Shown piece after piece: positions 13,400 to 24,892 of a DNA stretch of 64,000 bases. Source of the stretch: Camelus ferus. Lineage: Eukaryota. The notes under the pieces are model-generated. The model saw nothing but the letters and a program-made list of their open reading frames with translations, did not search any database and was not told the origin of the DNA. The stretch's first letter is position 1, and each line of letters opens with the position of its first letter. The translations under genes and the position numbers were made by a program. The DNA lies in contig NC_045696.1 in the NCBI RefSeq assembly GCF_009834535.1, forward strand, positions 60,514,001 to 60,578,000, read 5' to 3'.

Positions 13400-14000
13400 C
13401 TCCTGTCCCCCAGCGAGCTCCTGCGTTTCCCTCGGCCTCGGCCGGTTCCCTGGCCACCCCCAGCCTCGCCACGGCTCGCTCCCCCCGAGGTCAGGCCGTT
13501 ACCGCCGCGCACTCCCCCCGCGCGCCGCCCCCCTCCCCCGCCCTCCCCCGGGCCCGGGCCTGCCAGGCCGAGCACTTTACCGCGGGCGGGCGCCGAGTCG
13601 CGCGGTCACCGACTGCAGGCGGCGGCAGCTTCAACCTTTCTAGGGGCCTTCAGAGGAGGGGAAGGGGGGAGGGGGGAGAACTTTTGCTGTGGCAGCTTCG
13701 GCAACAGCTCCCACCCCTGCGCCTTTCTCCTCTTCCTCCCCCTCCTCCTCCTCTTCCTCCTTCTCTTCCTCCTCCCAGAGCAGTAGAGACGCAGACATGC
13801 CGCGGCTAGAGCGTCGCCGCGGTCGCCGCCACTGCCGGCGCGGTGCATTGTGGGAAGCCCCGCACACGGGAAGCGCTCCGCGGCACCCGCCCTCCCTGGG
13901 CCGGGGACCTGGCTGGGACGACCCAGCGTGGCTTCTATTCCGGCGCCTGCGTGTCACCAGGCGACCGTGGCCGGGGAAGCTGGCTCTGAACCACGGGTAC
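13400..14000. promoter_or_regulatory. CpG island / distal promoter of the minus-strand gene
   Basis: GC/CpG-rich, with a ZNF143(SBS)-type TTCCCACAATGCA on the minus strand at 13844-13856. A CpG-containing shoulder extends to ~14450 with ETS ACCGGAAGC (14284-14292), C/EBP palindrome TTGCGCAA (14392-14399) and E2F TTTCCCGC (14415-14422). Confidence 0.9.
13581..13830 (-). other. Candidate non-coding first exon (5' boundary approximate)
   Basis: Minus-strand donor CCGCG|GTAAAG (intron starts at 13580) followed by a G-rich intron start. GA-rich 5'UTR-like sequence upstream. Weaker alternative donor GCG|GTAACG at 13502. Confidence 0.65.
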
Positions 14001-15639
14001 CCTAGGCTGAGCCTGAGAAGAAAGCAGTCTGAAAAATATTAGAACTAAAGAAATGTTTTCGAGATGGGGGTCCGTCTTCAGCCTTAACTAGTACCTATCG
14101 CCCAGAGAAGCGGAGAACTGGGGGGTCGTGTGCATTTCAGGCCCGGGGAAAAGGAAGGGGCAGGGACCTAAATGAAAGGTTATCTGCCGAAATTTTTTGA
14201 CTTTTTCGTTTCTCCTCTCTTACCTAACCCTCTCCCCTGCGACCTCCAGTCGTGGACCTCTGTCACCCTAAATGCCACCTTTTACCGGAAGCGACACCCC
14301 TGCGCCCTTGAAACTAGCAAGCCCCGTTAGTGTCTGCAAACGCCTGCAGAGTGTGAGCATTGAAGATCAGGAGATCCGGCCCTGGACCCTATTGCGCAAG
14401 GTCTTTCGGTGGTATTTCCCGCTCACTTCACCTGGGGCCCAAACCTCCGTCTGTGTGTCAAAGACTTGGTCTATGTGGAGCTAGAATTGCACAGTTGATG
14501 TCTCAACCCTTGGAGGCCCTTTCGGTGACCTTTGCCAAATTGTGACCTCCTTAGTGGTGCCTTCATTCAACTAACATCACTGAGTGCCCTGAGGTGCTGG
14601 TGCGTACTGTGATGGTTTACAATTACTCATCTTTGTGTCTGCACCCTAGCACAAGGTCAGCCACGTAACATGAAAGATGCTTAGTGAATGTTGAGTGATC
14701 ATGAACATCAGAAATACCATGGGATGAAACACCTTCATTATGATTTCTTCAAAATAGTCTGAAGATTTATTAAGCGTCTCTCTGCGATACTTAAACATAA
14801 CCTCTGAGGGGAGAGGGAAAGGAAAAGCATTAAAATACCTATATAACCATTTCTGAAGTTCTCATTCCCTTGTCCACACCCACCTAACCACCCCTTGCCA
14901 ACTGAATCTTCATTTGAATAGTGTTTTTTGGCAAAACTCCAATCTGCATTATGCACTTGTGATGGCACTGAATTAGATTAGTGTCTGCAAGGTTAATGTT
15001 CCCCCAGGCATTAACCTTAGTAAATCGTGATGCCTGTTTAGAAATAGCAGAGGCCCAGAGGTTCGGCTTAATTTAAACACAGGTAACTAAGAAGAGCAAG
15101 GATAAACCACAGTTTCACAGTCAACTCTACACGTGCTCTCTCCATTAAAAAATAAAAATTTTAATAAGATGGCAGGGCATATTCCGAATGCTAATTGCAA
15201 CAAACCATTGATACAAGCTAGAGCAAGAGACAGTTATCTGGAAGACAGCCTTCTGGCAACTTCTAGCATCTGCAATGGCATCGAATTCAGATGTTAAAAA
15301 AATACCTCTGGCAGCAAAGAAGCAGACTCTGAATATTAGGTAATAGGAAAACTAATAACTGAAAAGGATTGAAGGCCTGAAGATTAGTAATACTATCAGG
15401 AATAGATCTAGTTCTCTGCTCAGCACCAGAACTAAGAAATAATAGAGAAACAGCTGTCTAACATGGGCAGAATAAAGAGCACAATAGAGGTAGTGACAGC
15501 AGTAGTGATGATGGGGAGCAAGTTCAAGCCTTTGGTAGGTTAAACCTCTGGAAATATTTCTCAGCCCCAGTTTGCCTCTTCATGCTCCTCTTGCTCACCT
15601 CCCCAGACCCCAGCCCTAGGCATTCAGCCTACTTTCCTT

Positions 15640-15839
15640 TTTTGTTTTTTATTTTGAAATAATTATGGACTCACAAGAAATTGCAAAAATAGTACAGAGT
15701 CCAATTTACCCTTCACCCAGCTTCCCCCAATGGCAACATCTTAAAAAGTTTTAGTAACATATCAAAACCAGGAAATTAACAATGATACATTATCATTAAC
15801 CAAACTATAGAACTTACTTTTACGAGTTTTTAAAAAACA

Positions 15840-15897
<58 letters not shown>

Positions 15898-16570
15898 TTC
15901 ATTCCATGGATTAATCTGTGTCACCACTACAACCAGGATTTAAAACTGTTCTATCACCACACACACACACAAAAACCATCTCATGCTACCTTTTTGTTTT
16001 CACAAATCTACCTCCCCATCTCACCCCCCAACTCTATCCCTGTCCCCTGTAACCACTAATCTGTTTTCTATCTCTATAGTTTTGTCAGTTCAAGAGTGTT
16101 ATATAAATGGAATCATAAAGATGTAAACTTTTGATGTTTTTACCTAAACATAATGCCTGTGAGTCCTGTCCATGTTGTGACAGTTATCATTCTTTTTATT
16201 TCTTAGTATTCCATTCTGTGGATGTACTAGGGTTTGTTCATCCATTCCCCAGGTAAAGTACATTTGGGTTGTTTCCAATCTTTTTGCTATTACAAATAAA
16301 ACTGTATTTGTGTACAGGTTTTTGTGTGAACTTAAGTTTTCATTTCTCTGGGGTAAATGCCTAAGATTATGATTGATGGGTCATATGGTAAGTACATGTT
16401 TAATTTTTTTAAGAAAACATCAAACTATTTCCCAGAGTGGCTGTATCATTTTACATGCCCACCAACAATGTAAGAGAGATCCAGTTTCTCCTAATCCTCA
16501 CCAGCACTTAGTATTACCACTTTTTAAATTTTAGCTGTTTTAATAGGTATGTATGATATCTCATTTTGGT
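15640..16570 (-). mobile_element. Old L1 (L1MC/MD-like) 3' fragment
   Basis: 'ttttattttgaaataattatggactcacaagaaattgcaaaaatagtacagag' and antisense ORF2-end motifs (catttgggttgtttcca, cccaccaacaatgt). Confidence 0.85.
15842..15893. repeat. (TG)n microsatellite
   Basis: About 26 uninterrupted TG units. Confidence 0.98.
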
Positions 16571-16791
16571 TCTTTCTCTTTTAAAAAGGGGTTGTCTCTC
16601 CCCAAGACTGGCTCCCGAACAGCATGCATGCTATCTCTCCAACTCCTAATTTCCTTTTAAACAAGTTCACATACCCCTCTTTGTTGAAGGATTTCATATC
16701 ACAGGAGAGAAACACACATCTCATGGGTAAGTTATAAAGTTTCTCAAGATAATAAGTATATGTAGCTTATATCTTTTTTGTTTTTTGACAG

Positions 16792-16910
16792 ATGGCTCCA
16801 GAAAACATCTGTTAAGCAGGTATAGAAATTTATTTTGGGAAGTGATATACATAAGGCGCTCAGGATGCAGTCCACAGGTGGCAAATTTAAATGCCCAACA
16901 AGCCAAGCAG
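16792..16910 (+). pseudogene. Relic exon candidate
   Basis: Acceptor ttttttgttttttgacag|, donor CAG|gtaaca. Stop-free from 16794: GSRKHLLSRYRNLFWEVIYIRRSGCSPQVANLNAQQAKQ. Confidence 0.5.
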
Positions 16911-16934
16911 GTAACATGAATAAGTGAAGCAGGC

Positions 16935-17100
16935 ATACTTAGTTACTTAACTTCTCTATGTTGTTAAGTACCCCGTCTCGAAAATGAGGCTAATAATAGT
17001 AACTTCCTCTTAGAATTGTTAAGAATATTAAATGTTAATACATATAAAGTATTTGGAATAATATCTGGCACAAATGTTCTATGTGTTGTAGATATTATTG
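16935..17100 (+). mobile_element. MIR SINE
   Basis: 'agttacttaacttctct...aaaatgaggctaataatagta...atctggcaca'. Confidence 0.75.
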
Positions 17101-17306
17101 TTCTTGTTGTTATTCTTTCTATTAAAAAGGATTTAAAGATGGTGCTGAACCAAATTTCCTAAAAACAAAATTCATCAGGGGCAAAAAGTCAGTTCCTGCA
17201 AGTGAGTTGTAGCAAGGGAAAAGATAGAAACTATTCCAGTACAAAAACTAGCTTAAGTGGAAAAATATCTTAGAGAATGAATCTTGGGGAATAAAGAAGA
17301 TATATA

Positions 17307-17445
17307 AGAGGGTATAGCTCAGTGGTAGAGTGCTTAGCATGCTCCAGGCCCTGGGTTCAATCCCTAGTATCTGTATTAAAAAAAATAAGTAAATCAATAA
17401 GTAAACGTAATTACCCCCCACTTCAAAAAGTAAAATAAAAATAAA
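17307..17445 (+). mobile_element. tRNA-derived SINE (camelid Vic-1-like)
   Basis: A box tagctcagtggtaga, B box ggttcaatccc, A-rich linker and tail. Confidence 0.85.
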
Positions 17446-17804
17446 GTAAGTCTACTTTAAAAACTGATTTTTAAAAAAGTTAGCATGCAAACTAACATAA
17501 AATAAAGTTGAAAACAAAAGAAAAAATTTAAAGCGGATATATGATAGTTGGAGCTAGGAAAAGAATAAGCAATTAAACTGCTGAAAAAAAAAGTAACATT
17601 ATTCAGAGAATTTATTTCTGAGTGTAATCTTTGCCTGAATAATTTTATTTATAAGGCTGATGAAATTGATCTATTATAAAGATGCTTGCTATTTTCTACC
17701 CAGCAAATATTAGAAAATCAAGTTCCTACCTCTTCTTTCCCAAAGTTTAAGCAGAATGAAGACAAGTTAACTACTGTTATATATATTAAAGCTGTGGGTT
17801 TCCA

Positions 17805-18802
17805 CAGCTCATACAACTTAATAATAAAAAAACAAACAACCCAATCCAAAAATGGGCAGAAGACCTAAACAAGCAATTCTCCAGTGAAGACATACAAATG
17901 GCCAATAGGCACATGAAAAAATACTCAATATCACTAATTATCAGAGAAATGCAAATCAAAACTACAAATGAGGTATCACCTCACATCAATCAGAACGGCC
18001 ATCATTCAAAAGTCCACAAACGATAAATGCTGGAGAGGCTATAGAGAAAAGGGAATGCTCCTACACTGCTGGTAGGAATGTAGTTTGGTGCAGCCATTGT
18101 GGAAAACAGTATGGAGATTCCTCAAAAAACTAAAAATAGTCTTATCATATGATCCAGCAACCCCACTCCTGGGCATATATCCAGAGAAAACTCTAGTTTG
18201 AAAAGATACATGCACCCCAATGTTCACAGCAGCAGTATATACAGTAGCCAAGACACGGAAACAACCTAAATGTCCATCAGCAGGTAACTGGATAAAGAAG
18301 ATGTGGTGTATTTATACAATGGAATACTACTTAGCCATAAAAAGAATAAAATAATGCCATTTGCAGCAACATGGATGGACCTAGAGTTCGTCATTCTAAG
18401 TGAAGTAAGCCAGAAAGAGAAAGAAAAATGCCATATGATGTCACTCATATGTGGAATCTAAAAAAGAAAAGAAAGGGCACTATGAACTCATCTACAAAAC
18501 AGAAATAGACTTGCAGACATAGTAAACAATCTTATGGTAACTGGGGAAAGAGGGTGGGAAGGGATAAATTTGGGAGTTTGAGATTTGCAAATGTTAGCCA
18601 CTATATGTAAAAATAGATTTAAAAAAAAAGTTTCTTCTGTATAGCACAGGGAACTATATTCAATGTCTTGTAATAACCTTTAATGAAAAAGAATATGAAA
18701 ATGAATATATGTATGTATATGCATGACTGCAACATTGTGCTGTATGCCAGAAATTGATACATTATAACTGACTGTACTTCAATTAAAAAAAGGAAAAAAA
18801 AA
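17805..18802 (+). mobile_element. 5'-truncated, relatively young L1 (ORF2 end + 3'UTR)
   Basis: L1 ORF2 C-terminal motifs and A-rich tail; TSD core TGGGTTTCCA at 17795-17804 and 18804-18813. Confidence 0.95.
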
Positions 18803-19273
18803 CTGGGTTTCCATAAAATAGAATGGAAATTTTTATCATTCTAGAGTTTTCAAAGATTTCATACGTTAGCTTATTGCCAGATAGTGTGATTTATTGCAGA
18901 GATGAATTGTTTCTTTCTTGTTTTTACTATCTTTTTATAATTTACAATTTAAAGTCATGTCAGAATTCCAGGCTCACCAGAGATTCTTAAAAATACCCTG
19001 TTGCTAAACAGTCATGGAGACCAACACAATGAGGAACTCAGCTTCCCTAAAATGATCATCTTTCTACCTGCCAGTGTTCAGGGTAAACATTTATTAAAAG
19101 CCTACGTGCAAGGCTCAGCAAAAGAGGCCCTGGGATGCACTAAAGTCCATCAGCTGTGAGATAACTCTGGTTTGGAGGGATCCAGGGGAAGACACGGGTG
19201 AAAGTTCAAGAGAATGGAGTGCTGAGGTTGAGACTGTGTTCCCTTTTCATTCCCAAATTGATCTTTCATAAAG

Positions 19274-19443
19274 GCAACCATTTAACACTTCCCGGAAGAT
19301 TATGCAGCTACATAAGAACACAAATGCTGAGGTTCAAAGAAGGCTAGGACGTGGCCTGAGCTCATGAGAAGCTCTTAGACTAATGGAGGAGACCAATAAA
19401 AAGTGAGAGAATTTCAGCATAATTATGCTGTGATAACATTGAG
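19274..19443 (+). pseudogene. Relic exon candidate
   Basis: Pyrimidine tract then ...cataaag|, donor GAG|gtatgt. Reads QPFNTSRKIMQLHKNTNAEVQRRLGRGLSS*EALRLMEETNKK*ENFS; both stops are TGA, compatible with CGA decay. Confidence 0.45.
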
Positions 19444-19649
19444 GTATGTACAGGGTGCTTTGGGTTCCGTCAGTGATGGAACCCACATATCTTTCTGATA
19501 GCAAAACAATACTTTCCACCTTGTTCATACATCTAAAACTTACATGGGAAATTCTGTACCAATATCAAACATGACGCAGGTCTTTCACATTTAGAGAGAC
19601 ATTTATCTCCTGGTAATTAAAAAATGTGTGAGTGTTGAAGCAAATCCTT

Positions 19650-19705
<56 letters not shown>
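19650..19705. repeat. Compound (TC)n(CA)n microsatellite
   Basis: Directly visible. Confidence 0.98.
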
Positions 19706-19707
<2 letters not shown>

Positions 19708-20593
19708 GGAAATGACTGCAGAATACTTCTCCATACTCCATGAACAAAATGTGAACAAGTAAGGCTGAAGAGAAAATGCAAGCTGAAAATTAGGTGAAAG
19801 TGATCTATGGCAGCGGTCGTGGGTGGAAATGAGAGCATTAGTGATAAAGTGGATAATTTTCTGGTGGGAAGAGGCTGTTTCACCTTTTCATTTGCTAATT
19901 GATATTTCTTGAAGACAATTGTTTTACTCTTTCCCAAAGAAGAGTTTGCAGCTACGTAAGATTTATTCTCCCCTTATGAAAAAATGGGGAAGGGTACAGC
20001 TGACTTGGGGTTTAGTTTTGTTTGTAAGAAAATAAGTTTCAATGTCACCATTAAAATGATCGTCCCATTAACCTCGGGCTCCATATCATCTGAGTCTGTG
20101 TGTGTGCTCCCCTGACCTCTAGCACAGACATCCAAATAACTGGTATCCATAGGAAGAGCCTCAAGTCAACAAAGAACCATTAATATTTAGAGCATTTTGT
20201 TTAAAAAGCCAGAGGAGGGTGCAATATCTTGAGACAGTTCCCAGCATTTTTATTTTTTAATGTTTTGGTGTTTACAAGATTAAACATCAGTATTAAGAAA
20301 CTCTTCTTGTACCAAATATTGTATTCCCCAAATGCCAGATAGTAGAGCTACTACAAAAAAGAAAAATAAGTCTTCGAGTACAATTTAGTTACTGTAAAAC
20401 CTTAATTATATATCCCTATGGCACATTGCTGTAAGAAAGATTGATACCATCAGTCTTAAAAATTGCATAGGTTGTATTCTGGCATCTCAGAAAAGGGGGA
20501 TAATGACATCAAAATTTGGATTTGTAGTAAAACAACATTAAATGCACGAAAATCATGCATAAAGCATGGATTTTAATATAATTCAAACATCTA

Positions 20594-20869
20594 CTTTTTT
20601 ATTGAAGCATAGTTGATTTACAATGTTGTGAAGATTTCTGGTGTACAGCATAGTGATTCAATTATACATATATATATTCTTTTTCAGATTCTTTTCCACT
20701 ATAGTTTATTACAAGATATTGAATATAGTTCCCTGTGCTATACAGTAGGACATTGTTGTTTATCTATTCTATATAGAGTAATTTGTGTCTGCTGATCCCA
20801 AACTCCTAATTTATCCCTCCTGCTTTCCCCTTTGGTAAACATAAGTTTGTTTTCTGTCTGTGAGTCTGT
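20594..20869 (-). mobile_element. L1 3'UTR fragment
   Basis: 'tttttattgaagcatagttgatttacaatgttgtg...tgtgagtctg' is the reverse complement of the same type of L1 3' end seen at 27700-27945. Confidence 0.9.
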
Positions 20870-21159
20870 CAAACGTTTAATATTTACTTTATAGCTGCTT
20901 TGCACTGAGTAAGAGAAAAACACACAGATACATATCCCCACTGTGCTGCGGCTTTCCCAACCAGCTCTGTCCTCTGTCTCAGCAAGCTTGTTTATCGAGG
21001 GACCAAAAGTCTCTTAGACCACAGATAGACATTTTGACCCACTACCGACCTCCCCCTGGGCAGAGAGGAGAGAATAATGCCCCATAGGGCAAAGCCATTT
21101 GAATTTGAGACCACCTCTCAAATAATTTTTTTAAAAGGTAATGTCTTAGGGTGAGGAAC

Positions 21160-21800
21160 AGACTTCTTTCAACCACTTAGCAATATTTTCTGAATGCCTC
21201 GTATGTATCAAGCAATGTACTGAGTGTTAGCAATGTTCATTTCCTTGAGAAATCCATATATCTTTCTTTTATTCATCAGGCAAATCTTATTGAATATTTG
21301 GTACTGTGGTAAATATTAGAAATACCATGGTAAGTAAAATACTCTCCCCCAACCCCTACCCACCCCAAAAGGAGCTTGCAGTCTTCAGCTGGAATAAAAC
21401 ACATGAAGAAGCTGCTTCACTTGAGGGTGACACACTCTAGGACGGGGCTGCACAGGCTCCTGGGGAGGACACAGCTCAGCCCCGAGGCCAGGCAGCTTTC
21501 CCAGCATGAGATTAAAGTTGAGACCTGAAAGGAGGTGGGGTGGGGGTTCTGGTGGATTTATGGGCAAGGGAAGGAGACTGCGAGCAAGGAGTCCTAGAGA
21601 CAGAGAGAGCTTAGTGCCTTCAGGGGACCTGCAGGTCATTTAGAATGAATGAACACCGGAAGTGGTAAAAAAAAAAACTGAGAGTGCAGCAGAAAGAACC
21701 AGCCAGCTGCAGAGCGCCTCACAGGCAAAGTTGAGACACCTGACTTTTATCCCAAGAGCAGGTTGCCCCAAAGTGTGGCTGGATGATAGGCAAGATGACT
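21160..21800 (-). mobile_element. L2 fragments
   Basis: Antisense L2 3' motifs (aagttgagacctgaa, gagcttagtgccttcaggggac). Confidence 0.6.
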
Positions 21801-21806
21801 TTAGTA

Positions 21807-21925
21807 GGGGAGGGTATAACTCAGTGGTAGAGCACATGCTTAGCATGCACAAGGTCCTACGTTCAATCCCCAGTACCTCTGTTAAACTATAAATAAATAA
21901 ACTTAATTATCCCTCCCCCCCAAAA
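21807..21925 (+). mobile_element. tRNA-derived SINE (Vic-1-like)
   Basis: ggggagggtataactcagtggtagagcacatgcttagcatgcacaaggtcctacgttcaatccccagtacctc followed by an A-rich linker. Confidence 0.9.
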
Positions 21926-22048
21926 AGAGGGTTTTAGATGGTGTGCAGACTGTTTTTTTAAATTTTGGTAGCTAATGGATTTTATATGCATTAGAAAATA
22001 AATAATGCATGCATCCAACATATTACTTCTCTTATTTAATTGTTCAAG

Positions 22049-22280
22049 GTGAGGCTGAGTGACAAAAGTGATTCAATTCAGACAAAATTTTAAATACATT
22101 ATCTCTGGTACATGAGCAACCTTAAATGGCTGACGTTCGGGAAAAACTGCTTGACACCTAGAGATTGCCATTGAATTATTTTATGCAGGGAAGTAACATG
22201 ACAAGATTCCTGAGTTGGAAAGAACACTCTGGTTGTGGCGAATGCATCGGAGCTGTGTTCATCAAGCTTCTGATTAAATT
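22049..22280 (+). pseudogene. Relic exon with leucine-rich-repeat-like peptide (3' end uncertain)
   Basis: Acceptor ...ttgttcaag|. Reads VRLSDKSDSIQTKF*IHYLWYMSNLKWLTFGKNCLT, fitting LxxLxxLxLxxNxL. After a frameshift: LEIAIELFYAGK*HDKIPELERTLWLWRMHRSC. Confidence 0.55.
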
Positions 22281-23030
22281 CCATTAGGGGATTCTGAAAT
22301 CAAATTTAAAGTTGTCACTGGGAGGGTTTTTCCACTGAAACATAGTAGGATAGAATAAATAATGATCAAACAGCTTGACACTAACAATACCTTTTGTTTT
22401 GTTTTTTGTTTTTTTACAATACTTTTAAGTATATTATATTCACATATGCATGTGTAAGAGTCTTTACAGGATTACAGTGTAAAATGTTTTTCTGCGTATA
22501 GGTCAAGGTCAAAGAAAGTTTAAAAGTCACTGGATAGAGGTTAAGAGGTTCTTGCAGCAGTTTGTTCATTCATTCAACTGGTATTTATTGAGCACGTCTT
22601 ATGTGAAAGGTGTTCTAGGCACCGAGAATAGAATTGGGGAACAAAGCAGAAAACGTCCCTAATCTCACAAGGTTTACACGTTAGTGAGGAGAGGATACAA
22701 TGAACAAGTACTCAAATATTTACATAAGACAATTTAAGGGATGGCAAGTTTTTAAAAGCGATAAATTCAAGGGAGAAATGTAAGGCTCTTTTTCACTGCG
22801 ATGTCCCAAGCACTGAGAACAGGATTAGTCCCTGGAACATAGCAGCTACTCAACAAGTATTAGTTGATTGAATGAATAAGGGAAGTTGTTGGTTTGACTT
22901 AGGTGGTAACAACAGAAATTAAGAGAAGTGAATGGATTCAAGATACATTTAAGAAATAAAACAAATGGGGCTTAGCGACAAAAAAAGATTTGGGGGCTGA
23001 GAGGAAAAAGAAATGATTTTTATATGCCTT

Positions 23031-23355
23031 AAAAAAAAAAGGACACTATGAACTCATCTATAAAACAGAAACAGACTTGCAGACATAGTAAATAATCTTA
23101 TGGTTACTGGGGAAGGGAGTGGGAAGGGATATATTTGGGAGTTTCAGATTTACAAATGTTGGCCACTATATACAAAAATTGATTTTAAAAAAAAGTTTCT
23201 TCTGTATAGTACAAGGAACTATGTTCAATATCTTGTAATAACCTTTAATAAAAATATGAAAATGAATATATGTGTGTATATGCATGACCAGGACATTGTG
23301 CTGTACACCAGAAATCGACACATTGTAATTGACTGAACTTCAATTAAAAAAAAAA
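23031..23355 (+). mobile_element. Short L1 3'UTR insertion
   Basis: Near-identical to 18470-18790; TSD AAAAAGAAATKATTT at 23005-23019 and 23351-23365. Confidence 0.9.
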
Positions 23356-23369
23356 GAAATTATTTCCCT

Positions 23370-23930
23370 ACAGCCTATTCTAAAGACAGTAATCAGAGTG
23401 ATTGTGTGATTTCTCCACTCCAAACCCTCCCGTGGCTCCCCATTGTACTCAGAGTAGACCTCAAAATCCTTACAATGGCCGGTAAGGCTGCATGTGATCT
23501 GGGCTTGGATACCTCTCTGACCTCATCTCTAATAATCTCACCCTGGTCCTCTGTGTTCAAGCCACACTGGCCACCTTGCTGTTTTTCAAACCCCCCAGTT
23601 TTGTTCCTGATCAAGGCCTTTGAACTAGCTGTCCCTCTTCCTGAAATGCTCTCCTTCCAAATTCATCTGGCACAGTCCTTGCTTCCTTCAAGTCTCTTCC
23701 TTTATGAAGTCTAGTCTGACCATCCCATCTAATACAATTCACTCTCCATGACATTCAATTCTCTGCTAGCTCAGTTTTTCCAATAGCCTTTATTGTTTTA
23801 TGTACAAAATTTATTTAGTATCTTCATTGTCTCTCTCCCCAGAAGATTGTAAGCTCCCCCTTGCACCTAGAGCACTGCTTGGCATGCTGTAGGGGCTCCA
23901 AAAAATATTGGTTGACTAAAGAAATGAAAG
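23370..23930 (+). mobile_element. L2a-like 3' end
   Basis: 'aaaccctcccgtggctccccattgtactcagagtagacctcaaaatccttacaatggcc...aaatattggttgactaaagaaatgaa'. Confidence 0.85.
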
Positions 23931-24339
23931 ATGACACTAGGGTTTCTGGTTTGAGCAACTGAATGGATGGTTGTTCACTGAAGCTGAAAACTTAGGAGGA
24001 TAAAGGATTTGGTGGGAAATAATAAGTTCCACTTCAGACATGTTGAGTCTAAGAGGCCAGCATCCAGGAGGGAATGACCTTTAAGCAGTTCCATATACGG
24101 GCCTGGCCCTCAAAAGAGCTGGAGATATAAATTTGAGGGTCACCAATTACAGATGGCATTTGAATGGGTGACATTGGCAAGAAAATGTCTGCAGAGAAGA
24201 ACAAAGAACCTTGGGAAGCAGCAGGAGGTGAGAGCCAGCAAAATCAGAAGAGCCCATAAAAGAGAGAAAGAAAGAGGAGAAAGGGAGCTAAGAGGGAAAC
24301 CAGGGCTTGCGGAAGTCCCTGGGAAAGCAAGGAGGAAGA

Positions 24340-24892
24340 TATATTAATTATCTGTTATTGTGTAACAATGACCCCAGAACACAGTGGCTTAAAACAAAGC
24401 ACATTTATTATCTCACTCTTCCCGTGGAGCAGGATTCTGTGCACTGCTTAGCTGGGTCCTCTGTTTTAAGGTTTCTTAGACAAGGTGGCAATCAAGGTGT
24501 TAGCCAAGGCTGTGGTCTCACCTGAAGAGTTGACTGGGAAGTGATCCTCTTCCAAACTGTTAGCAAACTGTTCCAGTTGTCGGTGGGATCGGTTTCCCAA
24601 GAGCTGTGAGGATGAGGGCCTTAGATCCCTTCAAGTGGGTCTCTCCATAGGGCACCTCACAATGGAGAGCTTACTTCAACAGAATAAACATACAAGAAGG
24701 AAAAGCGCAAGCAAGTCTTCTATAACTTAATCTCAGAAGTGCCATGTCACATCCCACCTCACTTTTGTCTTATGCCGTTCACTGGAAGAAAAGTACTAGG
24801 CTCAGCCCACACCCGAGGGGAGGGGATCACAAAAGGGAGTGAATACCAGGAGGTGGAGATCACTGGGATCCATTTTCGAAACTGCCTCCTAC
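24340..24892 (-). mobile_element. MaLR LTR (MLT1-type)
   Basis: 'attaattatctgttattgtgtaacaatgaccccagaacacagtggcttaaaacaa...actgggatccatttt'. Confidence 0.85.

Noticed and set aside
1..13830. Assigning a gene symbol to the minus-strand gene
   Set aside because: Only UTR-like exons and 4 codons are visible; I cannot identify the gene reliably.
13088..14042. Overlapping ORFs over the distal CpG island
   Set aside because: Same GC-content artefact; only the ATG-initiated 52-codon uORF is kept as a weak candidate.
21807..21880. tRNA gene-like sequence (also at 17307, 39055 and 48670)
   Set aside because: These are SINE heads with A-rich tails and TSDs, and lack an intact cloverleaf.
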